DNA of 64,000 bases from the human T2T-CHM13v2.0 reference genome, Homo sapiens. The notes beneath the pieces are model-generated. The model saw nothing but the letters and a program-made list of their open reading frames with translations, did no database searches and was not told where the DNA came from. The stretch lies in NCBI RefSeq assembly GCF_009914755.1, contig NC_060942.1; one strand, written 5' to 3'. A program made the position numbers and the translations under genes. Shown here in pieces: positions 26,456-38,900 of this stretch. Positions within the stretch are counted from its first letter, which is position 1; each line of letters begins with the position of its first letter.

Positions 26456-28148
26456 AACGGGATTGTCTTCAGAGAAAATCTAGACAGAAGCATTCTCAGA
26501 AACTTCTTTGGGATGTTTGCATTCAAGTCACAGAGTAGAACATTCCCTTTGGTAGAGCAGGTTTGAAACACTCTTTTTGTAGTATCTGGAAGTGGACATT
26601 TGGAGCGCTTTCAGGCCTACGTTGGAAAAGGAAATATCTTCCCATAACAACTAGACAGAAGCATTCTCAGAAACTAGTTTCTGATGTGTGTCCTCAACTA
26701 ACACAGTTGAACATTTCTTTAGACAGAACAGTTTTGAAACACTCTTTTTGTGGAATCTGCAAGTGGCTATTTGGCTAGATTTGAGGATTTCGTTGGAAAC
26801 GGGATTACATATAAAAAGCAGTCAGCAGCATTCTCAGAAAGTTCTTTGTGATGATTGCATTCAAGTCACAGAATTGAACATTCCCTTTCACAGAGCAGGT
26901 TTGAAACACTCTTTTTGTAGTGTGTGTAAGTGGACATTTGGAGCACTTACCGGCCTAAGGTGAAAAAGGAAATATCTTCCCATAAAAACTAGACAGAAGC
27001 ATTCTCAGAAACTTACTCGTGATGTGTGTCCTCAACTAAAGGAGTAGAACCTTTCTTTTCATAGAGAAGTTTTGAAACGCTCTTTTTGTGGAATCTGCAA
27101 GTGGATATTTGGCTAGTTTTGAGGATTTCGTTGGAAGCGGGAATTCATACAAATTGCAGACTGCAGCGTTCTGAGAAACATCTTTGTGATGTTTGTATTC
27201 AGGACACAGAGTTGAACATTCCCTATCATAGAGCAGGTTGGAATCACTCCTTTTGTAGTATCTGGAAGTGGACATTTGGAGCGCTTTCAGGCCTATGTTG
27301 GAAAAGGAAATATCTTCCCATAACAACTAGACAGAAGCATTCTCAGAAACTTATTTGAGATGTGTGTACTCAACTAAGAGAATTGAACCACCGTTTTGAA
27401 GGAGCTGTTTTGAAACACTCTTTTTCTGGAATCTGCAAGTGGATATTTGGCTAGCTTTGGGGATTTCGCTGGAAGCGGGAATACATATAAAAAGCACACA
27501 GCAGCGTTCTGAGAAACTGCTTTCTGATGTTTGCATTCAAGTCAAAAGTTGAACACTCCCTTTCATAGAGCAGTCTTGAAACACCCCTTTTGTAGTATCT
27601 GGAACTGGACTTTTGGAGCGATTTCAGGGCTAAGGTGAAAAAGGAAATATCTTCCCATAAAAACTGGACAGAAGCATTCTCAGAAACTTGGTTATGCTGT
27701 ATCTACTCAACTAACAAAGTTGAACCTTTCTTTTGATAGAGCAGTTTTGAAATGGTCTTTTTGTGGAATCTGCAAGTGGATATTTGGCTAGTTTTGAGGA
27801 TTTCGTTGGAAGCGGGAATTCATACAAATTGCAGACTGCAGCGTTCTGAGAAACATCTTTGTGATGTTTGTATTCAGGACACAGAGTTGAACATTCCCTA
27901 TCATAGAGCAGGTTGGAATCACTCCTTTTGTAGTATCTGGAAGTGGACATTTGGAGCGCTTTCAGGCCTATTTTGGAAAGGGAAATATCTTCCCGTAACA
28001 ACTATGCAGAAGCATTCTCAGAAACTTGTTTGTGATGTGTGCCCTCTACTGACAGAGTTGAACCTTTCTTTTCATAGAGCAGTTTTGAAACACTCTTTTT
28101 GTAGAATCTGCAAGAGGATATTTGCATAGCTTTGAGGATTTCGTGGGA
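26456..28148 (+). repeat. 10-mer HOR variant (1693 bp; 342-bp deletion, followed by a hybrid m11/m1 monomer), copy 1
   Basis: ORF spacing 26563->28256 = 1693. The m10-type end CAGGTAAAA (28163-28171) leads into an m1-type monomer with TTTTTTTAGTATATGG...GATCGC...CCTACGTTGG. Confidence 0.95.
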
Positions 28149-31100
28149 AACGGGATTGTCTTCAGGTAAAATCTAGACAGAAGCATTCTCAGAAACTTCT
28201 TTGGGATGTTTGCATTCAAGTCACAGAGTAGAACATTCCCTTTGGTAGAGCAGGTTTGAAACACTCTTTTTTTAGTATATGGAAGTGGACATTTGGATCG
28301 CTTTCAGGCCTACGTTGGAAAAGGAAATATCTTCCCATAACAACTAGACAGAAGCATTCTCAGAAACTAGTTTCTGATGTGTGTCCTCAACTAACACAGT
28401 TGAACATTTCTTTAGACAGAACAGTTTTGAAACACTCTTTTTGTGGAATCTGCAAGTGGCTATTTGGCTGGATTTGAGGATTTCGTTGGAAACGGGATTA
28501 CATATAAAAAGCAGTCAGCAGCATTCTCAGAAAGTTCTTTGTGATGATTGCATTCAAGTCACAGAATTGAACATTCCCTTTCACAGAGCAGGTTTGAAAC
28601 ACTCTTTTTGTAGTGTGTGTAAGTGGACATTTGGAGCACTTACCGGCCTAAGGTGAAAAAGGAAATATCTTCCCATAAAAACTAGACAGAAGCATTCTCA
28701 GAAACTTACTCGTGATGTGTGTCCTCAACTAAAGGAGTAGAACCTTTCTTTTCATAGAGAAGTTTTGAAACGCTCTTTTTGTGGAATCTGCAAGTGGATA
28801 TTTGGCTAGTTTTGAGGATTTCGTTGGAAGCGGGAATTCATACAAATTGCAGACTGCAGCGTTCTGAGAAACATCTTTGTGATGTTTGTATTCAGGACAC
28901 AGAGTTGAACATTCCCTATCATAGAGCAGGTTGGAATCACTCCTTTTGTAGTATCTGGAAGTGGACATTTGGAGCGCTTTCAGGCCTATGTTGGAAAAGG
29001 AAATATCTTCCCATAACAACTAGACAGAAGCATTCTCAGAAACTTATTTGAGATGTGTGTACTCAACTAAGAGAATTGAACCACCGTTTTGAAGGAGCAG
29101 TTTTGAAACTCTCTTTTTCTGGAATCTGCAAGTGGATATTTGGCTAGCTTTGGGGATTTCGCTGGAAGCGGGAATACATATAAAAAGCACACAGCAGCGT
29201 TCTGAGAAACTGCTTTCTGATGTTTGCATTCAAGTCAAAAGTTGAACACTCCCTTTCATAGAGCAGTCTTGAAACACCCCTTTTGTAGTATCTGGAACTG
29301 GACTTTTGGAGCGATTTCAGGGCTAAGGTGAAAAAGGAAATATCTTCCCATAAAAACTGGACAGAAGCATTCTCAGAAACTTGGTTATGCTGTATCTACT
29401 CAACTAACAAAGTTGAACCTTTCTTTTGATAGAGCAGTTTTGAAATGGTCTTTTTGTGGAATCTGCAAGTGGATATTTGGCTAGTTTTGAGGATTTCGTT
29501 GGAAGCGGGAATTCATACAAATTGCAGACTGCAGCGTTCTGAGAAACATCTTTGTGATGTTTGTATTCAGGACACAGAGTTGAACATTCCCTATCATAGA
29601 GCAGGTTGGAATCACTCCTTTTGTAGTATCTGGAAGTGGACATTTGGAGCGCTTTCAGGCCTATTTTGGAAAGGGAAATATCTTCCCGTAACAACTATGC
29701 AGAAGCATTCTCAGAAACTTGTTTGTGATGTGTGCCCTCTACTGACAGAGTTGAACCTTTCTTTTCATAGAGCAGTTTTGAAACACTCTTTTTGTAGAAT
29801 CTGCAAGAGGATATTTGCATAGCTTTGAGGATTTCGTGGGAAACGGGATTGTCTTCAGGTAAAATCTAGACAGAAGCATTCTCAGAAACTTCTTTGGGAT
29901 GTTTGCATTCAAGTCACAGAGTAGAACATTCCCTTTGGTAGAGCAGGTTTGAAACACTCTTTTTGTAGTATCTGGAAGTGGACATTTGGAGCGCTTTCAG
30001 GCCCATGTTGGAAAGGGAAATATCTTCCCGTAACAACTAGGCAGAAGCATTCTCAGAAACTTATTTGAGATGTGTGTACTCAACTAAGAGAATTGAACCA
30101 CCGTTTTGAAGGAGCAGTTTTGAAACACTCTTTTTCTGGAATCTGCAAGAGTATATTTGCCTAGCCTTGAGGATTTCGTTGGAAACGGGATTGTCTTCAG
30201 AGAAAATCTAGACAGAAGCATTCTCAGAAACTTCTTTGGGATGTTTGCATTCAAGTCACAGAGTAGAACATTCCCTTTGGTAGAGCAGGTTTGAAACACT
30301 CTTTTTGTAGTATCTGGAAGTGGACATTTGGAGCGCTTTCAGGCCTACGTTGGAAAAGGAAATATCTTCCCATAACAACTAGACAGAAGCATTCTCAGAA
30401 ACTAGTTTCTGATGTGTGTCCTCAACTAACACAGTTGAACATTTCTTTAGACAGAACAGTTTTGAAACACTCTTTTTGTGGAATCTGCAAGTGGCTATTT
30501 GGCTAGATTTGAGGATTTCGTTGGAAACGGGATTACATATAAAAAGCAGTCAGCAGCATTCTCAGAAAGTTCTTTGTGATGATTGCATTCAAGTCACAGA
30601 ATTGAACATTCCCTTTCACAGAGCAGGTTTGAAACACTCTTTTTGTAGTGTGTGTAAGTGGACATTTGGAGCACTTACCGGCCTAAGGTGAAAAAGGAAA
30701 TATCTTCCCATAAAAACTAGACAGAAGCATTCTCAGAAACTTACTCGTGATGTGTGTCCTCAACTAAAGGAGTAGAACCTTTCTTTTCATAGAGAAGTTT
30801 TGAAACGCTCTTTTTGTGGAATCTGCAAGTGGATATTTGGCTAGTTTTGAGGATTTCGTTGGAAGCGGGAATTCATACAAATTGCAGACTGCAGCGTTCT
30901 GAGAAACATCTTTGTGATGTTTGTATTCAGGACACAGAGTTGAACATTCCCTATCATAGAGCAGGTTGGAATCACTCCTTTTGTAGTATCTGGAAGTGGA
31001 CATTTGGAGCGCTTTCAGGCCTATGTTGGAAAAGGAAATATCTTCCCATAACAACTAGACAGAAGCATTCTCAGAAACTTATTTGAGATGTGTGTACTCA

Positions 31101-34100
31101 ACTAAGAGAATTGAACCACCGTTTTGAAGGAGCTGTTTTGAAACACTCTTTTTCTGGAATCTGCAAGTGGATATTTGGCTAGCTTTGGGGATTTCGCTGG
31201 AAGCGGGAATACATATAAAAAGCACACAGCAGCGTTCTGAGAAACTGCTTTCTGATGTTTGCATTCAAGTCAAAAGTTGAACACTCCCTTTCATAGAGCA
31301 GTCTTGAAACACCCCTTTTGTAGTATCTGGAACTGGACTTTTGGAGCGATTTCAGGGCTAAGGTGAAAAAGGAAATATCTTCCCATAAAAACTGGACAGA
31401 AGCATTCTCAGAAACTTGGTTATGCTGTATCTACTCAACTAACAAAGTTGAACCTTTCTTTTGATAGAGCAGTTTTGAAATGGTCTTTTTGTGGAATCTG
31501 CAAGTGGATATTTGGCTAGTTTTGAGGATTTCGTTGGAAGCGGGAATTCATACAAATTGCAGACTGCAGCGTTCTGAGAAACATCTTTGTGATGTTTGTA
31601 TTCAGGACACAGAGTTGAACATTCCCTATCATAGAGCAGGTTGGAATCACTCCTTTTGTAGTATCTGGAAGTGGACATTTGGAGCGCTTTCAGGCCTATT
31701 TTGGAAAGGGAAATATCTTCCCGTAACAACTATGCAGAAGCATTCTCAGAAACTTGTTTGTGATGTGTGCCCTCTACTGACAGAGTTGAACCTTTCTTTT
31801 CATAGAGCAGTTTTGAAACACTCTTTTTGTAGAATCTGCAAGAGGATATTTGCATAGCTTTGAGGATTTCGTGGGAAACGGGATTGTCTTCAGGTAAAAT
31901 CTAGACAGAAGCATTCTCAGAAACTTCTTTGGGATGTTTGCATTCAAGTCACAGAGTAGAACATTCCCTTTGGTAGAGCAGGTTTGAAACACTCTTTTTG
32001 TAGTATCTGGAAGTGGACATTTGGAGCGCTTTCAGGCCCATGTTGGAAAGGGAAATATCTTCCCGTAACAACTAGGCAGAAGCATTCTCAGAAACTTATT
32101 TGAGATGTGTGTACTCAACTAAGAGAATTGAACCACCGTTTTGAAGGAGCAGTTTTGAAACACTCTTTTTCTGGAATCTGCAAGAGTATATTTGCCTAGC
32201 CTTGAGGATTTCGTTGGAAACGGGATTGTCTTCAGAGAAAATCTAGACAGAAGCATTCTCAGAAACTTCTTTGGGATGTTTGCATTCAAGTCACAGAGTA
32301 GAACATTCCCTTTGGTAGAGCAGGTTTGAAACACTCTTTTTTTAGTATATGGAAGTGGACATTTGGATCGCTTTCAGGCCTACGTTGGAAAAGGAAATAT
32401 CTTCCCATAACAACTAGACAGAAGCATTCTCAGAAACTAGTTTCTGATGTGTGTCCTCAACTAACACAGTTGAACATTTCTTTAGACAGAACAGTTTTGA
32501 AACACTCTTTTTGTGGAATCTGCAAGTGGCTATTTGGCTGGATTTGAGGATTTCGTTGGAAACGGGATTACATATAAAAAGCAGTCAGCAGCATTCTCAG
32601 AAAGTTCTTTGTGATGATTGCATTCAAGTCACAGAATTGAACATTCCCTTTCACAGAGCAGGTTTGAAACACTCTTTTTGTAGTGTGTGTAAGTGGACAT
32701 TTGGAGCACTTACCGGCCTAAGGTGAAAAAGGAAATATCTTCCCATAAAAACTAGACAGAAGCATTCTCAGAAACTTACTCGTGATGTGTGTCCTCAACT
32801 AAAGGAGTAGAACCTTTCTTTTCATAGAGAAGTTTTGAAACGCTCTTTTTGTGGAATCTGCAAGTGGATATTTGGCTAGTTTTGAGGATTTCGTTGGAAG
32901 CGGGAATTCATACAAATTGCAGACTGCAGCGTTCTGAGAAACATCTTTGTGATGTTTGTATTCAGGACACAGAGTTGAACATTCCCTATCATAGAGCAGG
33001 TTTGAATCACTCCTTTTGTAGTATCTGGAAGTGGACATTTGGAGTGCTTTCAGGCCTATGTTGGAAAAGGAAATATCTTCCCATAACAACTAGACAGAAG
33101 CATTCTCAGAAACTTATTTGAGATGTGTGTACTCAACTAAGAGAATTGAACCACCGTTTTGAAGGAGCAGTTTTGAAACACTCTTTTTCTGGAATCTGCA
33201 AGTGGATATTTGGCTAGCTTTGGGGATTTCGCTGGAAGCGGGAATACATATAAAAAGCACACAGCAGCGTTCTGAGAAACTGCTTTCTGATGTTTGCATT
33301 CAAGTCAAAAGTTGAACACTCCCTTTCATAGAGCAGTCTTGAAACACCCCTTTTGTAGTATCTGGAACTGGACTTTTGGAGCGATTTCAGGGCTAAGGTG
33401 AAAAAGGAAATATCTTACCATAAAAACTGGACAGAAGCATTCTCAGAAACTTGGTTATGCTGTATCTACTCAACTAACAAAGTTGAACCTTTCTTTTGAT
33501 AGAGCAGTTTTGAAATGGTCTTTTTGTGGAATCTGCAAGTGGATATTTGGCTAGTTTTGAGGATTTCGTTGGAAGCGGGAATTCATACAAATTGCAGACT
33601 GCAGCGTTCTGAGAAACATCTTTGTGATGTTTGTATTCAGGACAGAGAGTTGAACATTCCCTATCATAGAGCAGGTTGGAATCACTCCTTTTGTAGTATC
33701 TGGAAGTGGACATTTGGAGCGCTTTCAGGCCTATTTTGGAAAGGGAAATATCTTCCCGTAACAACTATGCAGAAGCATTCTCAGAAACTTGTTTGTGATG
33801 TGTGCCCTCTACTGACAGAGTTGAACCTTTCTTTTCATAGAGCAGTTTTGAAACACTCTTTTTGTAGAATCTGCAAGAGGATATTTGCATAGCTTTGAGG
33901 ATTTCGTGGGAAACGGGATTGTCTTCAGGTAAAATCTAGACAGAAGCATTCTCAGAAACTTCTTTGGGATGTTTGCATTCAAGTCACAGAGTAGAACATT
34001 CCCTTTGGTAGAGCAGGTTTGAAACACTCTTTTTGTAGTATCTGGAAGTGGACATTTGGAGCGCTTTCAGGCCCATGTTGGAAAGGGAAATATCTTCCCG

Positions 34101-34253
34101 TAACAACTAGGCAGAAGCATTCTCAGAAACTTATTTGAGATGTGTGTACTCAACTAAGAGAATTGAACCACCGTTTTGAAGGAGCAGTTTTGAAACACTC
34201 TTTTTCTGGAATCTGCAAGAGTATATTTGCCTAGCCTTGAGGATTTCGTTGGA

Positions 34254-35946
34254 AACGGGATTGTCTTCAGAGAAAATCTAGACAGAAGCATTCTCAGAAA
34301 CTTCTTTGGGATGTTTGCATTCAAGTCACAGAGTAGAACATTCCCTTTGGTAGAGCAGGTTTGAAACACTCTTTTTTTAGTATATGGAAGTGGACATTTG
34401 GATCGCTTTCAGGCCTACGTTGGAAAAGGAAATATCTTCCCATAACAACTAGACAGAAGCATTCTCAGAAACTAGTTTCTGATGTGTGTCCTCAACTAAC
34501 ACAGTTGAACATTTCTTTAGACAGAACAGTTTTGAAACACTCTTTTTGTGGAATCTGCAAGTGGCTATTTGGCTAGATTTGAGGATTTCGTTGGAAACGG
34601 GATTACATATAAAAAGCAGTCAGCAGCATTCTCAGAAAGTTCTTTGTGATGATTGCATTCAAGTCACAGAATTGAACATTCCCTTTCACAGAGCAGGTTT
34701 GAAACACTCTTTTTGTAGTGTGTGTAAGTGGACATTTGGAGCACTTACCGGCCTAAGGTGAAAAAGGAAATATCTTCCCATAAAAACTAGACAGAAGCAT
34801 TCTCAGAAACTTACTCGTGATGTGTGTCCTCAACTAAAGGAGTAGAACCTTTCTTTTCATAGAGAAGTTTTGAAACGCTCTTTTTGTGGAATCTGCAAGT
34901 GGATATTTGGCTAGTTTTGAGGATTTCGTTGGAAGCGGGAATTCATACAAATTGCAGACTGCAGCGTTCTGAGAAACATCTTTGTGATGTTTGTATTCAG
35001 GACACAGAGTTGAACATTCCCTATCATAGAGCAGGTTGGAATCACTCCTTTTGTAGTATCTGGAAGTGGACATTTGGAGCGCTTTCAGGCCTATGTTGGA
35101 AAAGGAAATATCTTCCCATAACAACTAGACAGAAGCATTCTCAGAAACTTATTTGAGATGTGTGTACTCAACTAAGAGAATTGAACCACCGTTTTGAAGG
35201 AGCTGTTTTGAAACACTCTTTTTCTGGAATCTGCAAGTGGATATTTGGCTAGCTTTGGGGATTTCGCTGGAAGCGGGAATACATATAAAAAGCACACAGC
35301 AGCGTTCTGAGAAACTGCTTTCTGATGTTTGCATTCAAGTCAAAAGTTGAACACTCCCTTTCATAGAGCAGTCTTGAAACACCCCTTTTGTAGTATCTGG
35401 AACTGGACTTTTGGAGCGATTTCAGGGCTAAGGTGAAAAAGGAAATATCTTCCCATAAAAACTGGACAGAAGCATTCTCAGAAACTTGGTTATGCTGTAT
35501 CTACTCAACTAACAAAGTTGAACCTTTCTTTTGATAGAGCAGTTTTGAAATGGTCTTTTTGTGGAATCTGCAAGTGGATATTTGGCTAGTTTTGAGGATT
35601 TCGTTGGAAGCGGGAATTCATACAAATTGCAGACTGCAGCGTTCTGAGAAACATCTTTGTGATGTTTGTATTCAGGACACAGAGTTGAACATTCCCTATC
35701 ATAGAGCAGGTTGGAATCACTCCTTTTGTAGTATCTGGAAGTGGACATTTGGAGCGCTTTCAGGCCTATTTTGGAAAGGGAAATATCTTCCCGTAACAAC
35801 TATGCAGAAGCATTCTCAGAAACTTGTTTGTGATGTGTGCCCTCTACTGACAGAGTTGAACCTTTCTTTTCATAGAGCAGTTTTGAAACACTCTTTTTGT
35901 AGAATCTGCAAGAGGATATTTGCATAGCTTTGAGGATTTCGTGGGA
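34254..35946 (+). repeat. 10-mer HOR variant (1693 bp), copy 2
   Basis: ORF spacing 34361->36054 = 1693; same junction as copy 1, 7798 bp downstream. Confidence 0.95.
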
Positions 35947-38900
35947 AACGGGATTGTCTTCAGGTAAAATCTAGACAGAAGCATTCTCAGAAACTTCTTT
36001 GGGATGTTTGCATTCAAGTCACAGAGTAGAACATTCCCTTTGGTAGAGCAGGTTTGAAACACTCTTTTTTTAGTATATGGAAGTGGACATTTGGATCGCT
36101 TTCAGGCCTACGTTGGAAAAGGAAATATCTTCCCATAACAACTAGACAGAAGCATTCTCAGAAACTAGTTTCTGATGTGTGTCCTCAACTAACACAGTTG
36201 AACATTTCTTTAGACAGAACAGTTTTGAAACACTCTTTTTGTGGAATCTGCAAGTGGCTATTTGGCTGGATTTGAGGATTTCGTTGGAAACGGGATTACA
36301 TATAAAAAGCAGTCAGCAGCATTCTCAGAAAGTTCTTTGTGATGATTGCATTCAAGTCACAGAATTGAACATTCCCTTTCACAGAGCAGGTTTGAAACAC
36401 TCTTTTTGTAGTGTGTGTAAGTGGACATTTGGAGCACTTACCGGCCTAAGGTGAAAAAGGAAATATCTTCCCATAAAAACTAGACAGAAGCATTCTCAGA
36501 AACTTACTCGTGATGTGTGTCCTCAACTAAAGGAGTAGAACCTTTCTTTTCATAGAGAAGTTTTGAAACGCTCTTTTTGTGGAATCTGCAAGTGGATATT
36601 TGGCTAGTTTTGAGGATTTCGTTGGAAGCGGGAATTCATACAAATTGCAGACTGCAGCGTTCTGAGAAACATCTTTGTGATGTTTGTATTCAGGACACAG
36701 AGTTGAACATTCCCTATCATAGAGCAGGTTGGAATCACTCCTTTTGTAGTATCTGGAAGTGGACATTTGGAGCGCTTTCAGGCCTATGTTGGAAAAGGAA
36801 ATATCTTCCCATAACAACTAGACAGAAGCATTCTCAGAAACTTATTTGAGATGTGTGTACTCAACTAAGAGAATTGAACCACCGTTTTGAAGGAGCAGTT
36901 TTGAAACTCTCTTTTTCTGGAATCTGCAAGTGGATATTTGGCTAGCTTTGGGGATTTCGCTGGAAGCGGGAATACATATAAAAAGCACACAGCAGCGTTC
37001 TGAGAAACTGCTTTCTGATGTTTGCATTCAAGTCAAAAGTTGAACACTCCCTTTCATAGAGCAGTCTTGAAACACCCCTTTTGTAGTATCTGGAACTGGA
37101 CTTTTGGAGCGATTTCAGGGCTAAGGTGAAAAAGGAAATATCTTCCCATAAAAACTGGACAGAAGCATTCTCAGAAACTTGGTTATGCTGTATCTACTCA
37201 ACTAACAAAGTTGAACCTTTCTTTTGATAGAGCAGTTTTGAAATGGTCTTTTTGTGGAATCTGCAAGTGGATATTTGGCTAGTTTTGAGGATTTCGTTGG
37301 AAGCGGGAATTCATACAAATTGCAGACTGCAGCGTTCTGAGAAACATCTTTGTGATGTTTGTATTCAGGACACAGAGTTGAACATTCCCTATCATAGAGC
37401 AGGTTGGAATCACTCCTTTTGTAGTATCTGGAAGTGGACATTTGGAGCGCTTTCAGGCCTATTTTGGAAAGGGAAATATCTTCCCGTAACAACTATGCAG
37501 AAGCATTCTCAGAAACTTGTTTGTGATGTGTGCCCTCTACTGACAGAGTTGAACCTTTCTTTTCATAGAGCAGTTTTGAAACACTCTTTTTGTAGAATCT
37601 GCAAGAGGATATTTGCATAGCTTTGAGGATTTCGTGGGAAACGGGATTGTCTTCAGGTAAAATCTAGACAGAAGCATTCTCAGAAACTTCTTTGGGATGT
37701 TTGCATTCAAGTCACAGAGTAGAACATTCCCTTTGGTAGAGCAGGTTTGAAACACTCTTTTTGTAGTATCTGGAAGTGGACATTTGGAGCGCTTTCAGGC
37801 CCATGTTGGAAAGGGAAATATCTTCCCGTAACAACTAGGCAGAAGCATTCTCAGAAACTTATTTGAGATGTGTGTACTCAACTAAGAGAATTGAACCACC
37901 GTTTTGAAGGAGCAGTTTTGAAACACTCTTTTTCTGGAATCTGCAAGAGTATATTTGCCTAGCCTTGAGGATTTCGTTGGAAACGGGATTGTCTTCAGAG
38001 AAAATCTAGACAGAAGCATTCTCAGAAACTTCTTTGGGATGTTTGCATTCAAGTCACAGAGTAGAACATTCCCTTTGGTAGAGCAGGTTTGAAACACTCT
38101 TTTTGTAGTATCTGGAAGTGGACATTTGGAGCGCTTTCAGGCCTACGTTGGAAAAGGAAATATCTTCCCATAACAACTAGACAGAAGCATTCTCAGAAAC
38201 TAGTTTCTGATGTGTGTCCTCAACTAACACAGTTGAACATTTCTTTAGACAGAACAGTTTTGAAACACTCTTTTTGTGGAATCTGCAAGTGGCTATTTGG
38301 CTAGATTTGAGGATTTCGTTGGAAACGGGATTACATATAAAAAGCAGTCAGCAGCATTCTCAGAAAGTTCTTTGTGATGATTGCATTCAAGTCACAGAAT
38401 TGAACATTCCCTTTCACAGAGCAGGTTTGAAACACTCTTTTTGTAGTGTGTGTAAGTGGACATTTGGAGCACTTACCGGCCTAAGGTGAAAAAGGAAATA
38501 TCTTCCCATAAAAACTAGACAGAAGCATTCTCAGAAACTTACTCGTGATGTGTGTCCTCAACTAAAGGAGTAGAACCTTTCTTTTCATAGAGAAGTTTTG
38601 AAACGCTCTTTTTGTGGAATCTGCAAGTGGATATTTGGCTAGTTTTGAGGATTTCGTTGGAAGCGGGAATTCATACAAATTGCAGACTGCAGCGTTCTGA
38701 GAAACATCTTTGTGATGTTTGTATTCAGGACACAGAGTTGAACATTCCCTATCATAGAGCAGGTTGGAATCACTCCTTTTGTAGTATCTGGAAGTGGACA
38801 TTTGGAGCGCTTTCAGGCCTATGTTGGAAAAGGAAATATCTTCCCATAACAACTAGACAGAAGCATTCTCAGAAACTTATTTGAGATGTGTGTACTCAAC

